DNA of 64,000 nucleotides. Origin: Octopus sinensis. Lineage: Eukaryota. The notes under the pieces are model-generated. The model did no database searches, was not told the DNA's origin, and was given only the letters and a program-made list of their open reading frames with translations. Both the position numbers and the translations under genes were made by a program. The first letter of the stretch is position 1, and each line of letters begins with the position of its first letter. The DNA is taken from NCBI RefSeq assembly GCF_006345805.1, contig NC_043002.1, positions 10,292,001 through 10,356,000 of the forward strand. The letters are read 5' to 3'. Positions 9,663 to 22,892 of this stretch are shown piece by piece.

Positions 9663-12600
9663 CGTTAATTTTTAATGCGTGGGCGCATAACAAACTTTGT
9701 GCATATTCTATTTCACTATTTTAATCCATAAATTAATAATTTCGTAATATAAATACTATCAATTTGCCCTCCCCAAAAAACTGTGCACCACAAAATGTAT
9801 CTCCCCTCACCCTACCCACAAAAAGTGTAATTACCTTCTTTGATTCCAATCATAACACCCACCAATTACCTCCCTTTAGATTTTTCTACATGCTAGTTTA
9901 TTTACGAACAAACACTCATGCAACTTGATCTCCTTAATATATTACGAAATTGCAATATTTCCACCAATTTCCCTGTCATGATTACCAAAATGCAAAACCC
10001 GTAGATTCTATCCTCTTTTTGTTCTATAGATGTGGTCGGCCCTGGGCTATAGTACAGGACTACTTTCTAAGATGCTACCCACTGGGACTTTACGCAGAAT
10101 CTTGTGATTTGAACAATTACTTAACACACAATTTAAATTACTTATCTCCAAACTAAAACCTTTGAAACACTCGAAATAGAAACACTGTTACATGTATCAT
10201 TTCTATATCCGCAACACTATCCTATCAAGTTCTCGATAAAGAAGATACGTGTTTCTAGCAGTAAACGCATCGTCGGTGTTGACCTGTTTATGTCACATAT
10301 GTCACAGAAGTTGGAACATCATTACACATGCAAATATTGGAAATCAATAAAATTAATTTAAATGGAAAAGAAAAAAGTTGAGTCAAATTGTAGTTATCCA
10401 TGTTAACTGATTAATGAAAGAAATTAGTTCGATTTATTAGAGAAATCTTGACTCTTTATATCACAAATCACAGCATTTTATATTAATTCTGCTTCTCATT
10501 GCGTTAGGCAGTCGGTAGCGCTTTCACATTACGAGAGAAAAAGAGGAGAAAGGTAAGATGGAGAGAGAAAAGGAAGGAGGGAGGAGGAGAAGAGGGAGAG
10601 AGAAGAGGGAGAGAGAAGCGTCCAAGACTTGAGGTAGAGGGGGGAATGTAATTGTAACGCTTGCACGTCATTAGTAGAAGGGAAAGAGAGGAGAAAGAAA
10701 AAGAGGATAAGGTGAAGAGTGAGACTGAAAAGGGGAGAAAGTGAAAGAGTGAAAGAGAAAAGACGGCGAGAGAAGCATCCATGACATATGGTTGGGGGAC
10801 CGTAATATTTATTACGTGGCTAAAAATATGTTATTAGAAGGTAGAGAAAGATGATAATGGCGGTGGTTGAGATAGAGGTGGCGGTGGTGGTGGTGGTGAT
10901 TAGACGGTGAAAGTGTATTTTTTAATTCGACCTAAGTTACTTAACCTGTCAACGCACGCACATAAGTGCAATTCCGTGAAATACTCACGCTTATTTACGT
11001 GGCAGATATATGCAATTTGACTTAAGGCTGTATCATATGAACGGGAATATTCTTTTTATGGGAAAATGGAAAAAATAAGAGTTAATATTTATTTTCTGAG
11101 TGCTGTGTATTAAGTTTATAAAATTGTGCATAAAGTATATAAAGTGTATACATAAAGTATATAAAGTGTATACATAAAGTATATTAAGTAATCCCCGTAT
11201 TTCAATTTCTTTCACTTTTCATTGAGTAGCAGACGAGCGACTATCTTTCCATACAAACACAACACAAGCTACGCTTTCAAGTTTTCTGGGATAAAGTTTT
11301 CAGAAATAACCCAATGTTTACCATTAATTCCGTGAAATATTCACGGGCCCTGCTAGTTAATGTTTATTGTTAAACCTGCGTGTTACAACATCCTGTAGTT
11401 ATACATTTTATGTCCTTATACATTTTATGACTTTTATCGTGGGCAGTGATTCAGAACTGATTAGTTGCAGATTTGATTCTTTCACTTCTAAACATAACTT
11501 GTAAATCGATTTTGAAACATTAAACAATTAAAATTCTGCTGAGTTATTTTTAATATTCGATAACGAGCGAGAGAAAATGAACTGTTATCGGTATTTTTAA
11601 ATGACAGAGGGTTGTAATATCAAAGTAGTGATATAATAGGGAGGGCAGCTTACTAATTAAAATAGAAAATGTTATGAATTTCTCTTCGTAATCTTTGTAA
11701 ATATTCTCTGTCCATAATTATTGTATTCGAATGCTGATGTATGCATGATGTGCATAAGTGTTGGGGTGGACGAGTGGGTAGGAATTTCCTTTCGTAATCA
11801 CGATGTTCCGGACACGATCTGACTGCGAAGCATCTTGGGTAAATATCTCCTGTTTTAGACTCTGGTCAAAATATATCTTGTGAGCGAAACTGAATAGGTG
11901 GAAACTGGTGGAAGTCCGATGAATGGACTCCATCTTTGGGCCAATTTAGTCACGTCATAAGGTCGTATTGATTCTTCCTTACGACTGCACTAAAAGCAAG
12001 CGTGGCTGTCGAAGACTCGACCCATTACACGCTAATATAAAAAACAAATTGATAGAGTGACCGAGGACCTACTAGAATATTTAACTTTGAGACAGAGAGA
12101 GATGAGGCTATTTCCCGTATGTGTGAGGATCATTAAACGAGATTAATCATTTGGTAGGAATTATGTAGAATGAACGATCGTTTACCTCCATATTTTGCTG
12201 AGTTTCTTGTTAATATTTATTGATATCACTAACTTCAAAAAATGCTTTAATTACAAAATATCAATCGATAATCTTTGCACATTGGTTCTTTCAGATGAAT
12301 TCGTCATCATCGTGAAACTCGGAAAATATAATAGGTTCGCATGGAAACATCTTGCAGAAAATTGGGAAAATTTTCACGGTATATTTATTTTCTAAAGTAT
12401 TATTTGATATATTACAAAGCTCCTGACTAATTGTATAAGGTTTAACTAATCATGTAGGCCTCCGTGAGAGTATTTTTAGGCCTGTTTCTCTGCTTGAGGA
12501 CATGCATAGTGTATAGTAACTGAGAAACAACTATAACTAAACGCCTAGTTATAACAGCGAGAAGCATTATTTGGGCGCAGTGTTATTCAAAGATAAGGGA

Positions 12601-12887
12601 GCTGGAAGATATTCGTGTACTAGTTTCAGGTACTAGATATTTTGGAATTAAGGCAAGTGGTTCGGATATTTATTTGTATAAAATAATCTTCAAATATCAT
12701 TTTACGAAAACATTGATATTCCTTAATGAAAGGGAAATGGCGTTCCAATAAATTCGCGCTCATCAGGAAACCAGAAAGAAGTAACGACTGACAAACAGGA
12801 AGAGAGACAGACTGACAAGCAAATAGACAGACACTGTCGTAGCATCGTGACGCGTTCTCAAGCCTAAATATAGTTTACTGTACTTGA

Positions 12888-13107
12888 GGCGGCGAACTGG
12901 CAGAAACGTTAGCGCGCCGGGCGAAATGCTTAGCGGTATTTTGTCTGTCGTTACGTTGTGAGTTCAAATTCCACTTTGCCTTACATCCTTCGGGGGTCGA
13001 TAAATAAAGTACCAGTTTCGCACTGGGTCGATGTAATCGACTTAATCCGTTTGTCTGTCCTTGTTTGTCCCCTCTATGTTTAGCCCCTTGTGGGTAGTAA
13101 AGAAATA
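12888..13107 (+). mobile_element. SINE family A monomer
   Basis: Head to tttagccccttgtgggtagtaaagaaata; flanking duplication atata(g/t)tttactgtact. Confidence 0.9.
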
Positions 13108-13431
13108 TATATTTTACTGTACTACTTTCTATTGTACTATTTATTCTAAGATATGTAGATTCTTTCCTTTCCTCCGTCAATTTCAGAGGCCAGGTAAAAA
13201 TGTCATGGGCGTTCCCTTTCTTCTTCTGACTAAGCCAGTTACAAACAGAGTAACCTTATGGTAAAGCTCTCGGACAGAGTCATTGTTTCCTTTGTTAACA
13301 CCCCGATAAAGAAAGGAAAACAAAACATAATTTAACTAGTGTTACTTGTCATATGACAGGTAACTTTGGAAGTATACTTTTGCTACCATAGGTAACAGCA
13401 GGAAATATTGCAAACGGTAATTATAAATTAA

Positions 13432-13752
13432 GCAGTGGAAGAATGTTATTTTCTCGGACGAGCTATTCTTTACCTTATTTCCGACGTCTGGCTGAGTATA
13501 CGTGTGGAGACAGCCAAAAGAAGCGTTTGACCTAGACTGCCTTCTTCCAGCAGTTAAACATGGAGGAGGATCTGTGATGATCAGGGTGGGGGCTATATCT
13601 TGGACATTCGCCGGCCCAATGGTTTCCCTTCATGGCAGAATTAATAGTCAAGACTATTTAAGCATTTTATCTGATCAAATTCAACGTATGGTTGCGGAAC
13701 TGTTTCCGGAGGGAAACGCAATCTTTCAGGATGCTAATGCACCTATTCACAC
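13432..13752 (+). mobile_element. Tc1-like transposase fragment, near-identical to 15552..15870
   Basis: WRQPKEAFDLDCLLPAVKHGGGSVMI...IFQDANAPIHT. Confidence 0.85.
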
Positions 13753-14836
13753 ATTTCATGAAATGTTTCGGTGCCTATACAAAACAGGGATGAAATAAAT
13801 ACATATTGTCAATGGTAAAATACTTATATTAAAATAAAATTAAAATTTACCGTTTCCTGCTAACAAACCAAGTATCTGTACTCATCCTGATAGGAATTAA
13901 CCTCTTATGCTAAAGCTCTCTCTCACCCTCTCACTCCCTCTCTCTCTCTCTCCCTTTTATTTTTTTATATACAGTTAAAGCAGAATTGGAGAAATCAGTT
14001 GACTACATGTAAGCTGATTCATTCATTATCGCTAATCCATTCATCACTCAGCCGAGATGACACGGTATGCTTAATTTTGAACCGCGTTATACATATCACG
14101 GATTGCTCCATGATAACGCTGGAAGATTCGTACCGCAAAAATGCGCCCCAGTTCCCTTCATCCCGCAATTCTCAGCTAACCAGAATGCACCGACTATCAC
14201 TTGTGCTTACATGAACGTGCAACGTATCTCCGTATTATTGTTCTCATATATATTCTGGTTTTCTTGTCATCTGTTAGTTTTCATCTACAAAAATGAAATA
14301 TTATGCATTTATTTCACCTGTCTAATTAAATTTAATTGGTATTTTGTCTTATACTTTATTCATAAATCACAGCCCACACAGGACATGCATGTTTTAATTT
14401 ATTGCAATAAATGTTATCGTTTTCTCACACGTATGTAATCTCACTGGACTTTTTCTCTTCAACAACCTTTCACTTACAAAAGGTTTCCTAGCATATATTT
14501 CACTTCCTTTTTAATATCAACGTTCATTCTAAGTCTGAATCTGTCTTGCTTTCTTATAACGTTACTTAGGTCGATAACCTATGAAAACATAGTTGCTACG
14601 TTACAAACAGTGGCCTTTTCGGATATCTAGATTTATAATATAACCAAATTACATTTGCACTTAACAGCTAAAACAATAAAATTACATACTACGTGACATT
14701 TATCATTAAAAATACTACCGACACACTCAGAAACACGCAAAAGCATTTACAATTATATACATTAGTGTTATATATTTACGAATGTGTGTATATAATACAA
14801 TGGGTTAAATGTATGCACACACACACACACACACAC

Positions 14837-14932
<96 letters not shown>

Positions 14933-14955
14933 ATGCATGTATGTATATACATACA

Positions 14956-16203
14956 CAGGGGTTGGACAAACTAATGGAAACACCTAGAATCATAGCATCA
15001 TAATTTTGAAATATCTAGAAAAGCTTGTTTTTTTAAATTTATTATTAGTGTTGCTTGATATGATTTGCTAAAATTTACTGTTTCTTTTCAGATATCATCA
15101 GAGAAAGGTAATTAAAATTCATTAGAATAACAGATCTATCAGACTTTCAAAGAAGTCAAATTGTTGGTGCTCGTATGGCAGGCGTTAGCGTAATGAAAAC
15201 AGCCGAAATGATTGGTGTGCCAAGAAGTACTGCCTTGAAAGTAATGACAGCCTTTGAGAGAGAGGGAAAAACCTCCTCGTCGAAACAAAAGTCCGGAGGA
15301 AAACCAAAGCATTCAGATAGGGACCGTCGGAATTTTACGCAAATTGTTAGAAAGGATCACAAATGTACAGCTCCCAAAATTACAGCAGAGCTTAATGACC
15401 ACCTCGACAACCCAGTTTCCACAAATCTGTTCGTCGGGAGCTGCACAAAGCCGGATTTCATGACAAGACTGCAATCAGAAACCCACTACTTTCAAAAACA
15501 AAACTTGCTAAGCGTTTTCAGTGAAGTGAAACCTACAGAATTGGTCCCTAGAGCAGTGGAGGAATGTTATTTTCTCGGACGAGCTATCCTTTACCTTATT
15601 TCCGACGTCTGGCCGAGTATATGTGTAGAGACAGCCAAAAGAAGCGTTTGACGCAGACTGCCTTCTTCCAACAGTTAAACATGGAGGAGGATCTGTGATG
15701 ATCAGGGTGGGGGCTATATCTTGGACATTCGCCGGCCCAATGGTTTCCCTTCATGGCAGAATTAATAGTCAAGGCTATTTAAGCATTTTGTCTGATCAAA
15801 TTCATCCTATGGTTGCGGAACTGTTTCCGGAGGGAAATGCAATCTTTCAGGATGATAATGCACCAATTTACACAGCTAAAGTTGTTACTGAATGATACGA
15901 GAAACATTCTAGTAAAGTTGAACATCTTATCTGGCCACCACAGCCCCTAGATCTCAATATTATTGAACATTTATAGTGCATTTAAAAAAGAAAACAGGTA
16001 ATGATTCGATATCCTCCACCATCATCACTACAAGAACTGGAGACTGTTTTAGCTGAAGAATGGCCAAAAGTTCCTTTGGAAACAATTCAAACTTTGTACG
16101 AGTCCAATTGAAGCTGTAATTACTGCCAAAGCTGGTCCTACCGCATATTAAAATAAATTTGTTTGAAAATTTAAGGTATTTCCATTATTTTGTCAAATCT
16201 CTG
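14956..16203 (+). mobile_element. Near full-length degenerate Tc1-like (DD34E-type) transposon
   Basis: 30-bp TIRs caggggttggacaaactaatggaaacacct / aggtatttccattattttgtcaaatctctg+TA; DLSDFQRSQIVGARMAGVSV HTH, HGGGSVMI, FQDDNAP, WPPQPLDLNIIEH. Confidence 0.9.
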
Positions 16204-16537
16204 TATATATAATGTGAAAGTGTTCGAGAAAAACATTCTTCAGCTTGGAAATTGTAGTACAAATTATAAAAAGAAGCAAATGCATGTTTTATAAACAACT
16301 TGCACATGAAAGATCCGCAAACTGGAAGCCTGCAATCGTATTGAGTCATCAAGATAAAACGCACGCCGTTTCGGGGCCTGCCTCTCGATGGCATCATTGC
16401 ATACCAGCCCCACTCACTGATATGAGGCGCCGCTTGCTAGATCAAATGGTTATCAAATAAAGCTCAGTATTCTTCTAGCCATCGTCATCGTCTCTTTTTT
16501 AACCAAATCCAGTGGCTAGCCTTTCCACTGCAGTTTG

Positions 16538-16634
<97 letters not shown>

Positions 16635-16652
16635 TATATTATACATGCATAC

Positions 16653-16711
<59 letters not shown>

Positions 16712-17815
16712 AAAGGTATGTTTTCGTACATAAAATGTCTGCGCATTTTCATTCTTTCCGTTGACATATTTATGTATTTATGTGTGTATGTGTGTGTGTG
16801 TGCATATGTATGTATGTATATATATGCGCATACGTGTGTGTATATGTATGTATATGTATATATATTTATATATATTCCTGTTCTGTTTAGTCCGCATATA
16901 CTGTATAGTGTCTCCATTCAACGTACTGAATTCTATATTAGATATTGTTTGCAGTAGATGATGCATTCACCGTTAGCTCAGTCATCTACGTAGCCTAGAG
17001 CATCTCTTCCGCCAAAGAAGGGAAGCAAAAAAAAAAAAGATATATAGTTCAGTCTGTAGACACCCAAAAGGGAAACGCCACCGCCGTTCTTCTTTCACTC
17101 CCGTTAGCGAAAAAAACAAAGGAATAAACACAATTTATATATGTGAACTGAACGACTGTAATATATCATATTCTATCAAGAGAAACGTCGTAACGAGCAC
17201 AACGTCATACATTAATGGCTCAAAAATAAATGTTCCTTATACATGAAAGAATGCATAACCTTTATTGACCTAAAATAGTGATCAGAAATGTTACTTACTC
17301 CAGATATGTCGACAATTTTCAGTTATCAAGCAGGAAGACACTACGCTCTCCATATGAGACACAGTTTAATGCACTTCAACCTTTCCCCATTCAATTCCTC
17401 ATTAAGTAACAGCTGTTTTAGACATTAATACTTCACATTTGCAATATTCTTCATCGAAAGGATTAACAGCTGTAAATATTATGCTGCTTTTTTCTTTAAT
17501 GTTTTCTGTTTCGTCATTTTTCACGTATTTTTTTCTTTTTCTCGCATTTCCTCATGAGGCAGCCGTGTCATCTGCGCCTGAATAAGTGATGGATCGTGTG
17601 TGGTTCGCTATACAAGCCCGTCTTGTTGCTGTCCTATCGGAGTATGAAACTTGAAACAACTCATATATAACGTTTTTTTCTATGACAATAAATAGAGCCT
17701 CAATGCAAGCCAACTTAGATATCACGAATACACGAGATACCGGATTTACAGTTAACAACTTACACATAACTAATCATATTAAGCAAACGTATACATCACA
17801 TACATTCATATATAT

Positions 17816-17863
<48 letters not shown>

Positions 17864-17876
17864 GATAAATACAACT

Positions 17877-18059
17877 TATAAATAAGAGCAAATGAAAAAA
17901 ATTCCAATGCCAAATATGCTGAGAAGAGACTTTAAATCGTCAATACCACATATAATTCATCACTATAAGCACGTGTCACGAAGCTTCGGGACTTTGATTT
18001 AGAGTCTCTTCTCAGCATATTTGGCATTAGAATTTTTTTTCTTTTGCCCTTATTTATAA
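17877..18059. repeat. Inverted repeat, ~63-bp arms and 57-bp spacer (MITE-like)
   Basis: 17877..17938 versus 17996..18059, about 5 differences. Confidence 0.85.
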
Positions 18060-18136
18060 TTTTCACCTTAAAAGGTATTTCTTAATATGCTGGCCACTGA
18101 CAATATTATATACATATATATTATATACATATATAT

Positions 18137-18170
<34 letters not shown>

Positions 18171-18171
18171 T

Positions 18172-18660
18172 TGGGAAGGCTTGGAAGGATATACTTCCAG
18201 AAGGCCTTCGAAAAAAGTATACGAGACAGACGAAAGATGGAAGGGATTCCGGGAGCTGGCCGCCGCGGATTTGGGAAGACTGCTAATATTTCCACTCATA
18301 AAAACAACAAAAAGACCGGACTTAATCCTGTGGAACACAGAATGGAAAATTGGAATTTTGCTAGAGCTGAGAACATCACTAATGCAGAGCAACGGAAGGA
18401 GAAAAGGTATGAGAAATTAATCTAAGAGTGCGGAAGACAGGGGTAGACTTGTCGAGTATTACCATCTGGCAGTGGTGTCTAGGCTTCATTGAATGGAAAA
18501 TGGCGACGTTTTTTAAAAGAACGTTTGCATTTTCGAGCTCAGAGCTGAGAAACGTAATAAGCGGGATACAGGAAGCAGTTGACAAAGCCAACTTCTATAT
18601 ATATCTGAAACGAGAAGACCCAAAATGGCTCGAAAGCCATAGCATGCCGACCGGAAAATA
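18172..18660 (+). mobile_element. RLE-type LINE (HERO-like) C-terminal fragment
   Basis: TTKRPDLILWNTEWKIGILLEL (PD..E endonuclease), ENITNAEQRKEKRYEKLI.ECGRQG, GIQEAVDKANFYIYLKREDPKW; frameshifted. Confidence 0.65.
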
Positions 18661-18869
18661 GCGTCGCTAGGTGAGGCTGACTGGCACCTAAGCAGCGTTC
18701 CCTTGATAGGTGGGTCAAGGGAACGATTTAGTTCAATGCGTACCCTCCACCTGGTTCGAAGGCATGTCCAGAATCACCTGGTAGGAGACGATAGCGAGGG
18801 TTATTCCACAGTTGAATCTGAACAGCCATGAAAAGAGATAGGCGTGAAGAAGTCAAAGATTTAGTGGCC

Positions 18870-19425
18870 GAAGGCAGATGATGCAGCTAGCTGTAAGAAA
18901 TTCGATGATGCGGTAGCAAGGATGACCACCAAACTCAAAGGGGGCAACGAACAAACATCGAGAACTTGAATTATATAATCTATCGGGAAGGAGAGAAAAG
19001 ATGTGAACTTGAAACAACAGGGAATGGAGAATCATGGGCAAAGGACGGATCATGGAAGAGAGAAAGACAGATACGCGAAGAGAAGAAAACAGTAAGAACC
19101 AGATGGGGGATGCAAAGGAGGAGGAAAGAGAAGGACTAAAACAACTATATGAAGAGATAAAAATGAGGCATCGAAAACAACTAAGAAAAGAAAGAAGGAA
19201 GGATAGAAGACAGGAAACAGAAAAGAAGTATCGTAGTTTGGTAACCAACCCATATGAATATGCTAAACGTTTGTTTACTGAAAGTAAGGGCGGAAGAATA
19301 GATTGCACTGAAGAAGAGCTCGCTGATACGAATAAAGTACTCCCGGAAATGCTCGGGCTGAAGAAACCATCCAAACCAATTGTACCATTGGAAGAGGCCA
19401 GGGAACAGAAGAAAGAAGAAGAAAG
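18870..19425 (+). mobile_element. RLE-type LINE (HERO-like) pre-RT region fragment
   Basis: WPKADDAASCKKFDD...; EEEREGLKQLYEEIKMRHRKQLRKERR...NPYEYAKRLFTESKGGRIDCTEEEL (ORF 19034..19504). Confidence 0.55.
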
Positions 19426-19604
19426 AAGACATGCACCCAACACCAGAGCTGAAGACACCTCCGAAAGGGGAGGTCCCCGCCACGTCAAAACGGTAGAGGA
19501 GTAGGGGCCGAAACCGGACGTGGTTCCTCTTGATGATGTCGTGAGCTAACTGGATCCTATAAAGGAGCTGTTGTGGTAGCAGACCACGAAACACGGTTGT
19601 AATT

Positions 19605-19722
19605 CCATAACTCTTGAATACTGTCTTGATGTCATATGGGCCGCATATCTTTTGTATCATTTTAGAGAGGTCTTTCATATAGGGTAGACAGACTGCGGAC
19701 AGTTTATTGCCCTCATACCATC
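19605..19722 (-). mobile_element. Penelope-like RT-EN linker fragment
   Basis: VCLPYMKDLSKMIQKICGPYDIKTVFKS; homologous to 52445..52520. Confidence 0.75.
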
Positions 19723-19820
19723 AGATGAAAAGAAATTGATAATTTCATTAAAAAAGGAAGAGGAGCTGTTGAGATAGTGAACCAGGAAACGTGGTTGGAA
19801 TTCCTTGCTCAGGGATCATC

Positions 19821-20025
19821 GCCATGTTAGACCGCTAAACTCTTCACAGTTATTCTCACTCCGTTTTATTTTTATTCTCTCTCTATTTATTTCCTTGTAC
19901 TCCTTTTTATCTAATAGCGTAGGCTCGAAACGTAAAAGACTTTTTCTATTCCTGAGCGTTATACTAATACATCTGTTTGTTTTGTACACCACCTGTCTTC
20001 GTCTTTTGTTTTTTTCGTAAACTCT

Positions 20026-20028
<3 letters not shown>
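19821..20028 (+). mobile_element. Family H1 copy 2 (hammerhead core decayed)
   Basis: gcgtaggctcgaaacgtaaaagactttttctattcctgagcg...gtaaactctccc(TA)n. Confidence 0.8.
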
Positions 20029-20115
<87 letters not shown>

Positions 20116-20119
<4 letters not shown>

Positions 20120-20539
20120 GTATAAAATCCAGTTTAGGACAGCTGTATATATATATACGAGAGATTTAGAAACTCAATATTTCTTATTTTGATAATCAGT
20201 GAATAGACTTCACTGACTATAGATATATACAGATACGAAGTCCAGACAGATATCGCCAGCTGACCGGTGTCTGCTACTCTATGCCGATGAAGGACAATGA
20301 TCCTGAAACACGGTGTCCCTAGATGCAGTTCCGGCAGTTGGGGGTTTGTCTCCCCTTCGTATGTGTATATAAGGACACAGGATAAAATGTGTCGAAGCTG
20401 TCAGGAGGCGTTCGATGCCTCCTAGGGCTATATAACGGTGGTGTACCCCCTACTGTCACGTTCTTGTTAGATTGACAGTATACAACCATTATATATATAT
20501 ATATATATACAGCTGTCCTAAACTGGATTGTATACCTAT
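20116..20539. mobile_element. Cassette bounded by 42-bp inverted arms, containing a hammerhead-like motif
   Basis: ataggtata(a/c)aatccagtttaggacagctg(TA)n at both ends (1 mismatch); internal CCGATGA-AGGA-caatga-TCCT-GAAA-CACGGTGTC at 20284..20317. Confidence 0.55.
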
Positions 20540-20895
20540 TTCCTCTATCCATCTGTTCAGATATTTAGGGATAGTTCCCAATGCACCTATAACTACTGGG
20601 ATACATTTTACCTGCACTTTTCCATAGTCTCTGTAATTCAATATTTAGATCCTGTTACTTTGCTATTTTTCTATAATACTCATATTAATATTTTCATCAT
20701 TTGGGACTGTAAAGTCAATTATCTGACACTTTCTATTCTCTTTATCTACTACTAACAAATGATTCCTTCTCACAACACCTTGTATTTCGTACTTTCTAAC
20801 ACTTTGCTAGGTTCATGTTCATACCATTTATCAATACGCTAAAATCCTAGCTTTCTACATAAATCTCAGTGGATTACTCTCCCTAGATTGTCAAT

Positions 20896-21020
20896 TCTTC
20901 TTCTTCTTCTTCTTCTTCTTCTTCTTCTTCTTCTTCTTCTTCTTCTTCTTCTTTTTCGTCTTCTTCTTCTTCTTCTCTTCTTCTTCTTCTTCTTCTTATT
21001 ATTATTATTATTATTATTAT
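20896..21020. repeat. (TTC)n followed by (TTA)n microsatellite
   Basis: Direct reading. Confidence 0.95.
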
Positions 21021-21535
21021 CAATAATATTAATACGCCAACTCTTTGCTTTTGTACGTACCTGTGGTGTGTGTCACACTTACTTCAAAGGAAGAGGTAAA
21101 AAAATTGAAGGAAGAAGTGCAAAGAAAAAGAGAAATAAACGGTGTTAAGCAGAGTAGGTATAGTTGAAGTGAGTGGCAAAGCGGGAGAGAGGGGAGGGTC
21201 AGAAGCAGAAGTATAGCTGAAGTGAGGGGCAAAAAGGCAAAGAGGAGGAAGTAAGAAGGAGTGAGAGAGAGAGAGAAGGGAGAGATTAATAGTGCTGAGC
21301 GGTATGAGAAGTATAATGCGTTAAACGCAGGAAGATAGTTAGACCGAAGGATACATAGAGAAAGGAGAGGGGAGGGAGGGAGAAAAGAGAGATTGAGTGA
21401 AGGAGGAGTGGATAGAGAATAACAGTGAAAGAGAACAGAAGTTTTCAAATTCAGAAAATGCTGGAAAATTTTTCCTTTTTGATGATATATGATAAATCCA
21501 TTGAAAATATGGAAATTGCAAAAAGAAATGTTGCC

Positions 21536-21537
<2 letters not shown>

Positions 21538-21625
<88 letters not shown>

Positions 21626-21630
21626 GTCTG

Positions 21631-21695
<65 letters not shown>

Positions 21696-21715
21696 TTATC
21701 TATGTATCTATCTGT
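21538..21715. repeat. (ATCT)n microsatellite
   Basis: Direct reading. Confidence 0.95.
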
Positions 21716-21852
21716 ATGGCTGCCTGACAGTTATTCTGTCTGTCACACACTCTCTCTTTCAGTAAATAGCTGTGAACCTCACAAAACACTCATTGTTAAA
21801 TTAAAAGCGGGAGAGAGGAGGGACAGAGAGGAAGTGAAGCTGAAAGAAAGAA

Positions 21853-21901
<49 letters not shown>

Positions 21902-22140
21902 TGAGAGAGACAGTGAGTGGTGACTGAAAGAAAGTTGGCATTCGTTTTGTGTCTTTAAATGTTTGCCAGTATTTTCAGAGTGGACTGATACTTACATCGA
22001 AAGAAAAGTTGATTCATGGACACATTGTTATATCAAAAACAAATAACTACAGCAAATCTTGGATGTCACTTTCACTTTTCATTACCACATAAGCATTAGA
22101 TTAACGCACAAGTGGCTGAGTACTCCACAGACATGCATAC

Positions 22141-22374
22141 CTATTTCTTTACTACCCACAAGGGGCTAAACACCGAGAGGACAAACAAGGACAGACAAAG
22201 GGATTAAGTCGATTATATCGACCCCAGTGCGTAACTGGTACTTATTTCATCGACCCCGAAAGAATGAAAGGCAAAGTCGACCTCGGCGGAATTTGAACTC
22301 AGAACGTAGCGGCAGACGAAATACTGCTAAGCATTTCGCCCGGCATGCTAACGCTTCTGCTAGCTCGCCGCCTT
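22141..22374 (-). mobile_element. SINE family A monomer inserted in the tail of a family C SINE
   Basis: Flanking acagacatgcatacc / acagacatacatgcc (degenerate TSD). Confidence 0.85.
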
Positions 22375-22384
22375 AACAGACATA

Positions 22385-22605
22385 CATGCCATTAACGTAG
22401 TTCTCAGGGGGATTCAGCCTCCCACAGAATGTTACGGGGCTGGCCCCTTTGGTTTACAGCTACAACTCATTTATCCAGCTGAGTGGACTGCAGCAAGGTG
22501 AAGTAGAGTGCCTTACTTAGGAATACAACTCACTGCTGGGTATCGCACCCATGACTTTACGATCATTGGTCGAATACCCCTAACCACTGAGCCACGCACC
22601 TCCAC
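22385..22605 (-). mobile_element. SINE family C-like (tRNA + CORE-like), diverged
   Basis: Minus strand gtggctcagtggttagggg...gtgcgataccc...tccactcagctggataaatgagttg. Confidence 0.65.
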
Positions 22606-22892
22606 TCTCTCAACTGAAGAGAAAAGGAGCTAAGCAATAAAGACAGGGAACGGAAAGCTTCAATCATTTAGTAAGGAATATAGCGGAAGTCTTTCAGGTG
22701 TTTAGGTTTTCATTCTGGGAGTTCTGGAAGGATCCAGTGTTAGTTCTTTCTGCTTTCCCCCACCCTGGTACTTATTCGCTTTGTTTGATAGTTCTTCATG
22801 TCTTTTACTTGGGGCGAAATGCCATGTTGTTTTTCAGGCACGTTTAATGTTTTCTCCACAAACTACAAACAAGTCCCAGTCCTTTTTTTTTC

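Noticed and set aside
14035-14066. agatgacacgg shared with ~17560 (minus strand)
   Set aside because: An 11-mer match without extended alignment; compatible with chance
19760-19800. ctgttga...gaaacgtgg as another hammerhead
   Set aside because: No stem II or stem I pairing
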